Of a stretch of 64,000 nt of DNA, positions 48,101 to 59,377 are shown piece by piece. Position numbers and translations under genes: made by a program. The DNA comes from Phoronis australis (Eukaryota > Animalia > Phoronida). How positions within the stretch are numbered: the stretch's first letter is position 1; each line of letters begins with the position of its first letter. Location of the stretch: the NCBI GenBank assembly GCA_002633005.1, contig NMRA01000021.1, positions 78,570 through 142,569 of the forward strand, read 5' to 3'. A model generated the notes under the pieces. The model was not told where the DNA came from. It ran no database searches and was given only the letters and a program-made list of their open reading frames with translations.

Positions 48101-48839
48101 TCAACTTGCGTCTGAACAGGGCCACTCTCAATTTGAGTCTCAGCATAGCCATGTTCTTCATGATGTACTTTCCCTTTACGTCTCTTCTTTCTTGGCCCCA
48201 TGCCATGTTTTTACCTCTTCGGTGGCTGAGGCATAACGTCCAAACTAGAAAGGTAAGGAAATAATAATGTAAAACGGATATAAAATGCATTTTTATCCAC
48301 CTTCTTTTTACACTTCAAACTCAAATTTAAGTATTCCGAAGTGGTTCTCATTCATTCCCTTACATTCATTCACTCGATATTACGACCAAGCTCTGGAGTA
48401 GGAGACACTTTTGTGCAATTCGCAGTTGTTTGCCAGTAAGGCCAGGATTCAAACCCCGGTCTACCGTATGGGAGCTCAAACCACTGAGCCACACTGTGTC
48501 CCCCATGTCTGAGCAAAAGCTTAAACTCAAAGCTGCAAGAAACCACTTCCATTAAAAAAGTTCTACCAGTACGAAAAAATACACAAATGATGAATGAAAG
48601 ACTGTACGTCAAGAGTTCATTGTTAGTCACAGTGGGAGACTGATATGAAAACCATGTATGTAATCGATACAGAAATCGGGTAGGTGATAAAAGCGCGCTG
48701 TGAGCAAGAGGTCGAAACAGTGAATATGTCAAACTACCCGAATTAAAAAAAATTGGAGGATTTATCTCTTTTCATAACTTGCTGCGCTCTTGAACAGAGG
48801 TGAGAGGAGACACTCAGCATTCGTTCTTAACGGTCTATG
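45122..48839 (-). mobile_element. P-element (THAP9-like) transposon, decayed; transposase 48234-45122
   Basis: WHPMVIRWCLYL, LPSSRTLYDY, LQDEVLVKDELVY, FITCDGASPNRKF, HLLKTTRNC, FNQDTLEQHFGHYRHKGGANDNP, ending IDNTPLPRR. P-type terminus rc CATAGACCGTTAAGAACG at 48839. Frameshifts and an internal deletion near 46250. The other TIR was not found. Confidence 0.9.
48348..48504 (-). mobile_element. tRNA-derived SINE inserted in the P element 5' region
   Basis: rc starts GGGGG; A box TGGCTCAGTGG, B box GGTTTGAATCC, (GAAT)n tail. Confidence 0.7.
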
Positions 48840-49521
48840 CAGACGGGCAACTCTCTCAGGACTAAAGCTACATTTTCCCTGGCATCTTTCTATCATATGT
48901 ACACATTGTTGTTGCAATGTTATGGCGAGTCAAATAAGTAGTAACCAAATTTCCAAGTGGTTTTGTTAAGTTCAAGGTGGTTCTTCTAAACCTTTTTTCT
49001 CACTACACGGCATATATTGCGTATTTGAAGTTCCCCCGAGAATGAAGATAATGTATTTTGTTAGACATATGTGAAATAATATTGTAAAAATGACAAATTT
49101 TTGTGAATAAGGTATGAGACATCCTTAACCTCCAAGGAGCTGCCACACAACATTCCCAATAATGAAATCAAATTCTACAAGCCTTCTACTTTCAGAAAAT
49201 ATATACTTTTACTGACTGGTAAAAATGAAAGTTTTCTACATATTTTCAAAAATGCACAGACTTGTCAGAGTTCTACATGACTTTAATACCCAACACAATG
49301 TTCAAAGAAGCAATGCCATGTCAATACACAGGTTATTGTTAAAAACTGGTCTAAATTATTCTCTTACTAAAGTACTAAATAACACTCCATATGAACACAT
49401 TTTTTACCATATTACCTTGAAACCAAGGACTCCCAGCATGAAACCCAACACAGCCGTAAGGAAGATCAAGCAACCCCAAGGGCTTATTCGCAAAATGCGA
49501 TTTCCATTTTTAGTTACTTAA

Positions 49522-50395
49522 CCCGCCAAACGCCACCTCAGTTTACAGCATTACTGTTCTCACACTAGCAAAACCATGACAAATGTGACAACTAGCAGTG
49601 ACAAAAAATGCGAGTTTTGCTCCCCTGAAAATTTTTTGAGAATTTAAGTATTGTTCAGAGCATTCTAGAGACACTGAAAAATATTGGTTTGGGCAGTCAC
49701 CTGATGTGTCAGACCAGTTGCTTAGATAAAGAAGCTCGCTCTTCACACTAAAAAATTTCAAAGAGGCCTCTTTTAAAACCTCTTTGAAAAATCGAAAGGC
49801 ATCAATATAATAGAGAACACTCAAAAACGGTACGTTTTGTTCAAAATGAAAAAATCAAGTGTTTTCATGATATTTTTAAACAAATCGGAGGCAAAAACAA
49901 GCAAGTTGAAGGAACCTGTTAATCAGGTCTAGGAGAACACTGGCAAGTATGATTAGGGTGAATAACCTGGACCACTACCAATAACAGCTAGTGACGTGTA
50001 TTTCAAACTGGTGCCCACTTGTATTGTAACCTATTACACAAAATCACGAATCTCTATAGAGTCTCGCTTCACAGCAAGCGCAACCGAACTTTGTTTCTTT
50101 TCTCGTGTTCTGTTCGCTAAATTTTGCACAATGTTCACACCTTCCTTTGCAAGTAAATGTGCCAGATGTTATTATGTTTACACTTTCATGTCCCTCTTCT
50201 TCCAACATTGGCAATTTGTAGCGAACGTTTGACTTTCTGCCTGGGCGTTTTCTGCTACAAAAAGTTTCCATCAACTTCTTCGCTAACAACAGGAGAAACT
50301 CTTTTTGAGTCGACATCTTGGCAGTAGTCTCTCTATACATAATAGAGGAATTTACACGCACTGGGTCTACCGCGAGCGACAAAAAAGGCGAAGCT
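49522..50395 (-). mobile_element. piggyBac 3' fragment
   Basis: VNSSIMY..TQKEFLLLLAKKL and Cys-rich tail GRCEHC...KETKFGCACC; TTAA(49518-49521)CCC terminus. Confidence 0.75.
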
Positions 50396-52910
50396 GTTTT
50401 TCTTACACTTAGAAAGTGTTCGCCTGATCTCAGATGGCGTTATTTCAGCAAGCATTTGGTGGTCATCTACGCGTTCTTGCGTAATTGTGTTAAGGGTATT
50501 GAACAGATGTGCTTTTCGGACCATTGCACAGTCTACGAGGCGTTTTGTCATATTGCAGAAGATCGGGTCTTCGTACATCCTGTGGGTTCTCAAGAGTTTT
50601 GGCAAACACTTTGGCCTTGTCTGAGTTAGAGGAGGCAGTTTTGTTGTCATGAATCAATGGTTTTGCACTCTGGTGGTTGCGATTGCCCGTGCCTGTAATC
50701 CTCTTAAAGGCCTGCCAAAAGCCTTTGCCCCTTTCCTCATTAAGAGACTCACATCATTGCATGAACGATTGCCTTTTCTCCTGCTTGACGGCGTTCTCGA
50801 CGCGTCTTTTCAGTACATTGTAGATGTTCCGGTACATCGGGTTGTCGGGGTAGACCTGGGTCTTGCGCCTGATTTTGCGTTTGAGCCGGATAAGCATCAG
50901 TGTGTCTGCTGAGCATCGCCATGTGAATGGGCGTATCTTCACAGTGGTACAGTTTTTATCCAATGCGTTGTTTATAGCATTGCTTAACGCTTGAGAGGTG
51001 TGATCAATATCGTCTGGAGTGCGGAGTGGGCTCTCCGTACTATTTATGTTGGTCTCCACATCCCACTGAAATTGTTGCCAGTTGGTTTTCTTAAATGAGC
51101 GCTTGTAAGCTTGTGGGAGGGAGTCTAGCCGGCCTCTGGCGTTATCTGATTTCAGGTGTACCAGTAGGTGGTCACTCATTAGGTCGCCCCTAACCTCGCA
51201 TTCATGCACTGAGCTGAGTAGAGATCGGGTAATGAATAAGAAGTCCAAGACTTCGCGGTGCTGGATCTGGCGGCGTGCGCCAGTCCACTGCTGGTAAGTG
51301 GGCTCACCAGTGTCGTTGACTAGGTACAGATCTGAGTCTTCAACGGCTTCGAAAAGTATCTCGCCTTCTATGTCAGTTTTTCTGTTTCCGAAGAACAGAT
51401 GCTTGGAGTTGAAATCGCCCATAAATATGCATTGTCTATAAGAGTTCGTGAAGTGCCTGAATAGGTACTTGTCTCCTGTACTCCCCGGAGGGTTGTAGAT
51501 GGACACGATTGTTGTGGTTTTGCTTTTGATGCGGCATTCAACCGCCACTACTTCCGCTGAGAGCATATTTGTGTCAGTGGGAGTGAAATCAACTCCTTGC
51601 CTGACAAGGATGCCCACCCCGCCGCCCGAGCGGTCGGAGCGATCTCTCCGTATAATGCTGTAGCCAGGTATTGTGAATTTGATTTTGTCGGACAGCCAGG
51701 TTTCGTTCATGGATACTACGTCTGCTTTTTCGTCGGCAAGATACTCTATTAGAATTTGCCGTTTACCTCTCGCCCCATTGAGGTTAATGTGTAGTAGACT
51801 AGCCATGTCGGAAACACGTGGTGTCTCTTTTGGTACTGTCTAAATTTCACTGTCTGGTTATCAGCTGGAGGACCTGTGAGCGGTTCAGATCTGTCTTATA
51901 ATTTGTGTTGACTGAGTCAACGATCAGCTGGCTGACTTCTTCTTTTCCGAAGTCGAGCCCTAATTTGTTGCCATTATGCCCACTGCCAGCTCGGTGAGTG
52001 TCATCGCCAGTCTGAGGACCTCAAGGTTGTTTGACGGGCCCTTTGCGGCCTGAGCGTATGACAGCGGCTTTGTTTTAGTTGCTGTCTTGTATTCAGTATA
52101 GTGTTTGCATGACCTGTGGTTCGCTGGGTGGGGGCCACCGCAGTTAGCACAGGTCGGTGCTTCCTCACGTTTGTCGCACTCTGATGATTTGTGGTTATTA
52201 CCACAGTGATTGCATTTGTCCACTTCGAACTGAATTGGCTGTATTCACGACACTTGTAGCATTGAAGGACTGTTTCTGTCCTATATTTCTCAGACTTGTG
52301 CCTCATCAGTCCTATGAAGGCACCATCTTTGATGATACTGTCTGTCATATGTGTCTCTGTCAGGACAGGAGACTTTAACTTTGCGGGTCGGCTGGGCCAG
52401 CTTTCTCGATATCAGCCGTTTGGCTGTAAAGCCGTTGTCAAGGGCTTTTTCTATTTCGCTGTCTGTCAGCTTGTTCGAGACGTTAAAGAGCACAAGCGTG
52501 AGGTCACGCGAGTCGCTCTTGCGATCAATAGGGTTGCGGAATGTGCAACCCTCAAATTGCTGCAATGTGTGTCCCTTTGCTAGGAGGGACGTACAGGACT
52601 TGTGGTCCTCGGTGAAAACCAGCAGGTGACCACGCTTACCGAAGATCACCTTTTTGACTTTGAAGCCCGCTAAGGCTTTCTGCATGGCAATGCCGTTCCC
52701 GCGGAGGGCCGCAGGTGTGGGCATCACCACGACTGGAGCTTTGGAGTTGCCTCCTGGGTGGTTGTTCTCTGTTTTCTCGGTCTTGCGTTTCTTAGGAGTG
52801 ACCAGTGTCCACTACGATGTTTTGTCCCAGTCTTGGTCGGGGATTGCGTTTGTCCCTTCAATCTCTTTGATGGTGGCTGCGAGGCAGTCATCCATCGCCC
52901 TGCTAGAATG
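50396..52910 (-). mobile_element. Non-LTR retrotransposon (I/Jockey-group LINE), 5' half only
   Basis: ORF1 about 52895-51840 with CCHC knuckles (QCYKC, CNHCGNNHKSSEC, CANCGGPHPANHRSC), with a stop and frameshifts. ORF2 from 51806 breaks off at EITPSEIRRTLSKCKKNS, just before where RT would start. Confidence 0.9.
50754..51806 (-). CDS. LINE ORF2 APE-type endonuclease domain (350-aa open stretch)
   Basis: HINLNG, MNETWL, RRDR..GGGV, SIYNPP, GDFNSKH, LDFLF, SDHLLV. Confidence 0.85.
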   Translation of the reverse strand: MASLLHINLNGARGKRQILIEYLADEKADVVSMNETWLSDKIKFTIPGYSIIRRDRSDRSGGGVGILVRQGVDFTPTDTNMLSAEVVAVECRIKSKTTTIVSIYNPPGSTGDKYLFRHFTNSYRQCIFMGDFNSKHLFFGNRKTDIEGEILFEAVEDSDLYLVNDTGEPTYQQWTGARRQIQHREVLDFLFITRSLLSSVHECEVRGDLMSDHLLVHLKSDNARGRLDSLPQAYKRSFKKTNWQQFQWDVETNINSTESPLRTPDDIDHTSQALSNAINNALDKNCTTVKIRPFTWRCSADTLMLIRLKRKIRRKTQVYPDNPMYRNIYNVLKRRVENAVKQEKRQSFMQ

Positions 52911-52954
52911 AATATGTACATTAACATTATAAGTCATCTAAATAACCTGTGTGT

Positions 52955-53218
52955 GACGAACAAAATACCTTAACATGCAACAAACATTTTGCAACCAACA
53001 GCAAAATTCAAAGATAATAACAAAATTATAGTATTGAAATCTACATATAGGTTAGATATTTGATTATCTAAAGTAAAAACTATGGCTAACAAAATACCTT
53101 AACATGCAGCAAATGCAATGAATAGAATTCAAAGCTCGTAACGATGATATAAAAATCTAAATATAGATTAGATATTTGATTATCTAAAATAAAATCTATG
53201 ACCAACAAAATACCTTTA
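52955..53218. repeat. About 120-130-bp AT-rich tandem repeat, interrupted in its third copy by piggyBac
   Basis: AACAAAATACCTTAACATGCA recurs at about 52959 and 53088; the third copy starts at 53204 and resumes at 55700. Confidence 0.8.
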
Positions 53219-55699
53219 CTCTTTCACCACCAACTAACTCACCAGCCTTAATGCCCTGAACACCAAGTAACTTTGGGGAAATATACAAAATGTAAGTCAT
53301 TTGTTTAAAACTATGCTCTGGACTCATTTTTTGGTGGAATTTAATGAGTGTCCCATCAGATTGAAGGGTTTGAGATGTACTTTATTGTGGGTGACCTACC
53401 TTGGACAAAACTTCATTTGGACAGGTGTGACAGGTGAGTATAAACAGGTAAGATGTATTTTTATGGTATTTTAGCACCTATTTTATGTGACTTGGAAATA
53501 AAAAATACATTTATATGTCACACTACAATGACCACTTAACATAAATCAGCTAGGTAAGTACAGGTAAATTTCTCAGTCGCTAAAATCCCACGTCAATGGA
53601 GACTTCAAGTATAGTAAGCATGCATGCATATAAAGTTAAGAAATAAATTTAGGTTAATTTAATACATCATCTACATATTCCTAACCTGCTTATGAACATG
53701 TTACCTGCTTGCTTAAAGAAATTTACCTGTAATTATTGCCAATAGTACACCTTCTTGTGATAATCTCTATAACAGTTTGTGCCTGCCTTACAACACGATG
53801 AGATATTACATTTTCTACAAGCCATAGATGTTTTTGTTCTTTTGAAGGGGTTGTCTTTTGTTAAAACACATGGGTGCCCTGTTTTGTAATTGTTATTTTT
53901 TCAAACACACAATATAAAGTTTGTCATTGCTACCACTCGTAGTTGGTAAGTGCGTTATGTTGTCCAGTCTCAACTGTGTCACAGCATCCCCTGAAGCAGC
54001 TGACCAAGGCCCTTGAAGGGCCTCTTATCTCATACATTACCAGTCAGGGAATGAGCTACAACATATCCCTTTTCCGACCACATGCTGGATTTTGGTTGAC
54101 GATGGTACCTTCTATTACAAAAGCATTGTACAAAGCGAGTGCCCTTAGCTTCGTTTATATTTTGCAGTACCATCATAGGGATTTCGTTTCTTTGGACATT
54201 CTTGTCATTTGATCTAATCTGTCTACTCCCCCCATGCATCTAGAGTAATCAACTTTAGCTGGGGTAGCAGACAGACGTTCAACAGTACCATCCTTTTTTC
54301 CTTACGTTGACAAATAATACACAATTCTATTGTCCGTCCAATATGATGCGACAGCAAAGTCACACATTTGCCAGTCAGATGCACCCGAGGAAGTTTTTTG
54401 GCATCTTTTGCTGGAACCACTAGATCTGTTGGGAAGCATTTGCGTGACGGACAAATGGTGCCGCACAGGTCGGTGTTCTGCTGATAAAGGTAGTCGGCGA
54501 GAGGTAGACTAGTGTAAAAATTGTCCGTGTATATTATTTGCCCCTTCTGTTCCAAAGATTTGCAAAGTTCTATTACTACTTTAGATGAGAGTCCAAATGT
54601 TTTGCTCTCAACAGTATCCTTTTTTCCCACATATACTTCAAAGTTATAACAGTAAGCTGAAACAGCATCAGCAACGACCCATAGTTTGACACCCCATTTC
54701 ACTGGCTTATCTTTCATGTACTGCTTCATCCCAAGGCGACCTTTAAAAGGTATTGACTCATCCACAGTAACTTCTCGATGAGGTTAGTATTCTGACAAGA
54801 ATTTTTCTCTAATATATTCTACCATAAAACGAACCTTATGAAGTTTATCATCATCATGTGGTTGGGAGTCGTTGCAAAAATGCAGGTAACATTTTATTTG
54901 CAAATAACGTGTTCGGGACATAATTTCTCCAGTGATTGGTGTTATTACTCCAGTAAAGTTCCTCACGATGTCCATCAAAAGTTGCAATCCATAAAAACTT
55001 TTCAACTCATCCCTTACAAGTTCCGACCACTCACCTTTGTGGGAGTCGGGGTGCTCTCGTAGCTCGTCTGCGCGTTCAAATTTGTGAGTTCAACAACTTT
55101 ATCAAACAGATAGTGTGTATAGAACACTTGAAAATATTCTGTTGATCGTGTGCTGCTGTCATATACACGTGTAGGGCCAACAAACTCCCTAAATTCGTGA
55201 ATTTGCCTAGGATTTTCCGACTTGACCCAATTTTGAAACACGTGGCCACGGTAAGTCTCTTCGGCATCGAATCCCTTGAAATCGCAATCGCCGATGTCCT
55301 CATTATCTTCAAAATGTTCATTTCAAAACCTTTCTACATCTTATTGTTCTTGTCTGGTTAGCTCAAGTAGATTAAAAACTCTGATATTATCCAAAGTTTC
55401 ATCGTCAGATGACTTACTCGGACACGCTGTCGAACATTTTGTTTGATTTGATCTCATTTTTGTTCTTGGAAAATACCCCTATTTATAAACGTCACTTTCA
55501 CTCGACAAATCAAAAATGTTCTTAGAATTATAAGTACAAAGCATGCAAATTTCGATGACATCACATGGAATTCCCTCTTTTCAACCAAACGTATCATTTC
55601 TTAGAAGTTTAGGACTACCGGAGACCGATTTAGCGGGCTGTGGTGTGGAATGGAGGTAAGGTTCTCAGACCGATTTTCCGGTCTGCGGTGTTAAAAGTG
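53219..55699 (-). mobile_element. Full-length but decayed piggyBac (PGBD4-like transposase, about 55457-53735)
   Basis: VDESIPFKGR..KQYMKDKPVKWGVKLW, YTDNFYTS, MGGVDRLDQ, YNAFVI and a Cys-rich tail. Imperfect TIRs CTCTTTCACCACC / rc CACTTTTAACACC. Flanks TTTA (53215-53218) and TTAA (55700-55703). Confidence 0.9.
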
Positions 55700-55733
55700 T
55701 TAACATGCAACAAATGCAATGAAAAGAATTTAA

Positions 55734-57060
55734 GGTGGGCGGCTGCGTTGATTTTATGAAAATTCGTTAACAAAAAACCATTTAAGATAATTACTTAAAA
55801 ATTTGCACACATATAAAACAGATAGAAATGCATTTAAAAACATTTTATTACTCTAGTTCTATGGCTAATGACAAATTAAAAAAATGATTGCGTAATTCTC
55901 CCCGTCATAAAAAATACAAATGCTTTTACAAGTATGAGAGTCCAATAAGTGCAATAGAATAACATTTATACCTTAGACAATTAAAATTATAAGCAAAAAC
56001 AGAGCACAAACTTTAGTAATTTTTTTCAAATTAAATTACTCGGTAAAACGTTAACTCAAAAAGTATTTGAGATACAGACTTGAAACATATCTCATTGCAC
56101 TTTCCATATACATGTCAAATTTCATACATATAGTAGGGTTAGAACCCATTTTACAGTGATATGTGCGAAAAGCACCTTTTGAGAAAATCGCAGTTGAACT
56201 TTGTAGTTTCACAATTACTTTGATGAACTAATATATTCACACAATTTTTCCATTTCAGGTTAACACTAGAGTCAGTCAAACATTTAAAAACTTCCTGGAG
56301 CGTACTGAACACCTTCTCTTCCTTGCTGTGCCTGTCTTTCTTGCATTCTCACATGCTCAATGGCTTGTCGACAAACAACAGCTTTATCCATCACCTTACG
56401 ATTTGATTTTGCCACGGGCTCTAAGTCTCTACCTTCGACAAATTTCTCAGTGTAGACCTCAGCATCCACATGGAGTTCATCAAAACGATTCAATATCACA
56501 ACACTACCTTTGTTATACTTTTGGACACGTGGCCAGTACAGTGTCCACAGTTTGGTGACTGGACCACCTCTCTTTAGGGCATGCGTCGCACTGTGGAATG
56601 AAACGCTTCATTCGCATTAGATGTCTTGCCACTAAGACATCTCTTCAGCAATTGAGGATCACCTAGCCACTTATAGATAGGCAATAATGCCAGAGCCAAA
56701 TCTCTGGGTATGGTCTTTGAATGCTCGCGAGGCGTTTTACCCTCTGCCAAAGCTCAATTGTAAAGGCACCAGCTTTCAGTTCCCTGGGGGCATCTGAAGT
56801 GATGTGGGTCACTGTCAGTGGAGTGTGTATGGAAATATGAAGCCCATACTGCAGTTCGCATGGCCTCGAGGTCACCTGAGTTGTCTTTTATTGCCCTACC
56901 ATAATAATTAGTCATTTTTTTGATAAACTTTGTCAGCTTGCCCCTTCCACTTATTGGTTTACACTGCACCTTGCTTTTCTCCACAAGATTCGGGAGTGCC
57001 GTCCCCATTCTCTTCGACTCTTGGTTCATGCAGTCAGCTTTCTCAAGTGGATAGTTGATT
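55734..57060 (-). mobile_element. Kolobok (Mutator-like transposase domain) 3' fragment
   Basis: KRMGTAL, GRGKLT, NYYGRAIKDN, AVWASYFH..STD.DPHH..CP.G.ESWC, LLKRCLSGKTSNANE; terminus TTAA(55730-55733)GGTGGGCGG. Confidence 0.8.
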
Positions 57061-57074
57061 CTGTGAGAGTTAAC

Positions 57075-59370
57075 TGTGAATTCACCGGAACTGGGGCAGA
57101 AGCTTGCCGTTTGGCCTATTGTCCGATAAATTCGCTGAGTGTATTCTGTTAAGTTTACTTCGAATTTTAATCATTTAGAGTGAAAAATGCCAAACAAGTA
57201 TTGCTGTTACAGAAAAAGTAATTCAGATTCGTGTTATGGGCATCTAGAACAGTATATTTCAGAGTACATTTCATAAATTTCCCGAAGCTGAAAACGAACC
57301 TTGACAAGTGCAAACTCGATTTTTTGCTGTGGGAGGAAGAAATATTGGGGCAGTCAATCGACCTTCACGCATTTTGTGCCTCAGATTATTACTTGATTGA
57401 CTGCTGGTGTCTAATTAAACCTCTTTCACATCACCAATGGTGATAGGTAATGTTATTCTTTCTTCATCAATCATCGTTTTGACCTTAAGATGAGCCACAG
57501 CATCCGCTTTTCCCTGTCCATTTCAAAGGTCAGTGGACAGTCCACCATGCAAAAAAGGCGACGTCTACACCAAGGCTCTGAAATGAAACAAAATATGTAC
57601 TGTATGGTGAAAGCAATTACGTTGGAGTGGAATCATAGAGTGAACAATTTAAATTGTACCCGTGACTAAAAATAACACATTACATTTATTGCGCTATTTC
57701 TTGTCCTGACTTCAGTTCAAAATTGTCACAATGCCAAGAATGGGCATAGCAAAATGTTTAAATCAATTTTTGAATGAATAAACGATCCAAAACAGAACAA
57801 TAACAGACTGAGACAGCATCAGGTAAATTCAATCAAGGGTGCAAAGTTTCAACTTAAAAAACTTATCCTGCTCAAAAACCTCATTTGAAACCTCGTTATT
57901 GAGCTTGCACTAGTATGTACATGTAATTTCTCATTGAACTTACATGACTACGTAAATATATGAAATTCTAAAAACCTTGCATTTCTATTATGAACTGGTC
58001 GCTAAGTGAGTAACAAGTCGGTGTGTTTTGAATTTGGGTATTTTTGCCTGGTATTACATATTAACCCAAGTTTCCATATGAATACACATTTTTTACACAT
58101 TAACTGTCTATAAATTCAACACTAAGTTCTATCAAATGACAGAAATACGTACAGATTTCATTTCATTTGACATGCCTAATACTTGATCGTCTGTAAGCAG
58201 TGTCCTGGCATCAAGAGGTCTTGCTTCAAAATGTGCTCTCTGCATTGCCTCTATGTTTTGGAACCTGTTAAAAACGAGTGTTAGTGAAAGTCATTCAAAT
58301 CAATATGATACATAATTTCATAATATTTAATTCCACACTGGGAATGTCTCCTTAAACTTATTACGGGTACTTTAGCAAATTTTCAAGTGGGGTATGCTCA
58401 TACCTGGAACAGAATTTCCCTAGGCTGGTTTGCCTTCCCCAGGCTGTGTGCACCGGTATTAAAATAATAATTGCACATTTTAAATGAAACGTTTTTTCCC
58501 ATTAACATTTAGTTTCAAAGAATAGTCAGCTGAACCTAAATGAGATTGAACACTATGTCTCATCAATGACAACTACAGTTGTCAGTGTTCTCCAAAGCCT
58601 GTTTTGACTCGTCTTGATGTCGAGTTTGAATTTTATCATGACGTGTTTGGTTTATTTGCATAGAGTTTGAAAAGTAGTTCAACGAGTTTGAACTCTTGGA
58701 TGATTAGTCAGCGGTAATGAATTGCGACATTTTGGATTTTTGGTAACAAGTTCAATGCGTTAAGTCCACACCAGGCAGCAGCGTGTATGCAAACTGGGTC
58801 CTTGTTCACAATAATCCACAGTCTGTAATGGTCACGCTTCATATAAGTCTTGTCATGTTGGGTAGGTTTTACTTTGGACACAAAGAGAGATATTTCGCGG
58901 TCTTCACTGACTGACGAGTGTCGCAGATCAAGAACATGGTCGTCAGCGAACAGTCTTCCGCACTTTTATAGGCTCTCAGTTTTCTGTTGAATCTTGCTTT
59001 CGAACAGATCAAGTAATTGAAAGTGTCATATAAGCCAATTTTTGGGATGGCCTCAAAATCATAGTCCAGTGATACGTCATTACCAGGGTAGCCAGCTTCA
59101 GTTAAAATTTCACCGATCGTCGCTTTATTGTTGTCCATTTTCATGTCCGGGTCCAGTTCCAAATTCAGTCTGTTCACAGCTTCGCACAACATAACAAGTT
59201 CACCTTTTCTCTGTCAGTTTACAGTTATCCTATGATCCATCAACCACCTCGTCAGTTGTAACGTTTTAAGCATAAAATTCTCGATAATTTACCGCTTGTA
59301 ACAAAGACTCGAGTGCAATACAGAGACAATATGGCGGATTCTGCCCTAATTTCCAGTGACGTCACATTTA
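57075..59370. mobile_element. Internally deleted two-gene DNA transposon: THAP fragment (+, 57187-57400) and N-terminal part of a YqaJ-type accessory ORF (-, about 59275-57500); ISL2EU- or Kolobok-type
   Basis: Plus: MPNKYCCY..SNSDS...FINFPKLKTNLDKC. Minus: RKGELVMLCEAV, IPKIGLYDTFNYLI, KLRAYKSAED. Both ATGs are preceded by mutually inverted motifs TCACCGGAACTGGGGCAGAAGC / rc TCACTGGAAATTAGGGCAGAATC. Confidence 0.55.
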
Positions 59371-59377
59371 ATAACTA

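Noticed and set aside
48420-48504. tRNA gene
   Set aside because: A and B boxes are present but no full cloverleaf was found, and a (GAAT)n tail follows; better explained as a SINE.
49522-55699. One piggyBac interrupted by the LINE
   Set aside because: The 53219-55699 element has its own Cys-rich C-terminus, both TIRs and a rejoinable target site, so the 49.5-50.4 kb piece is a second element.
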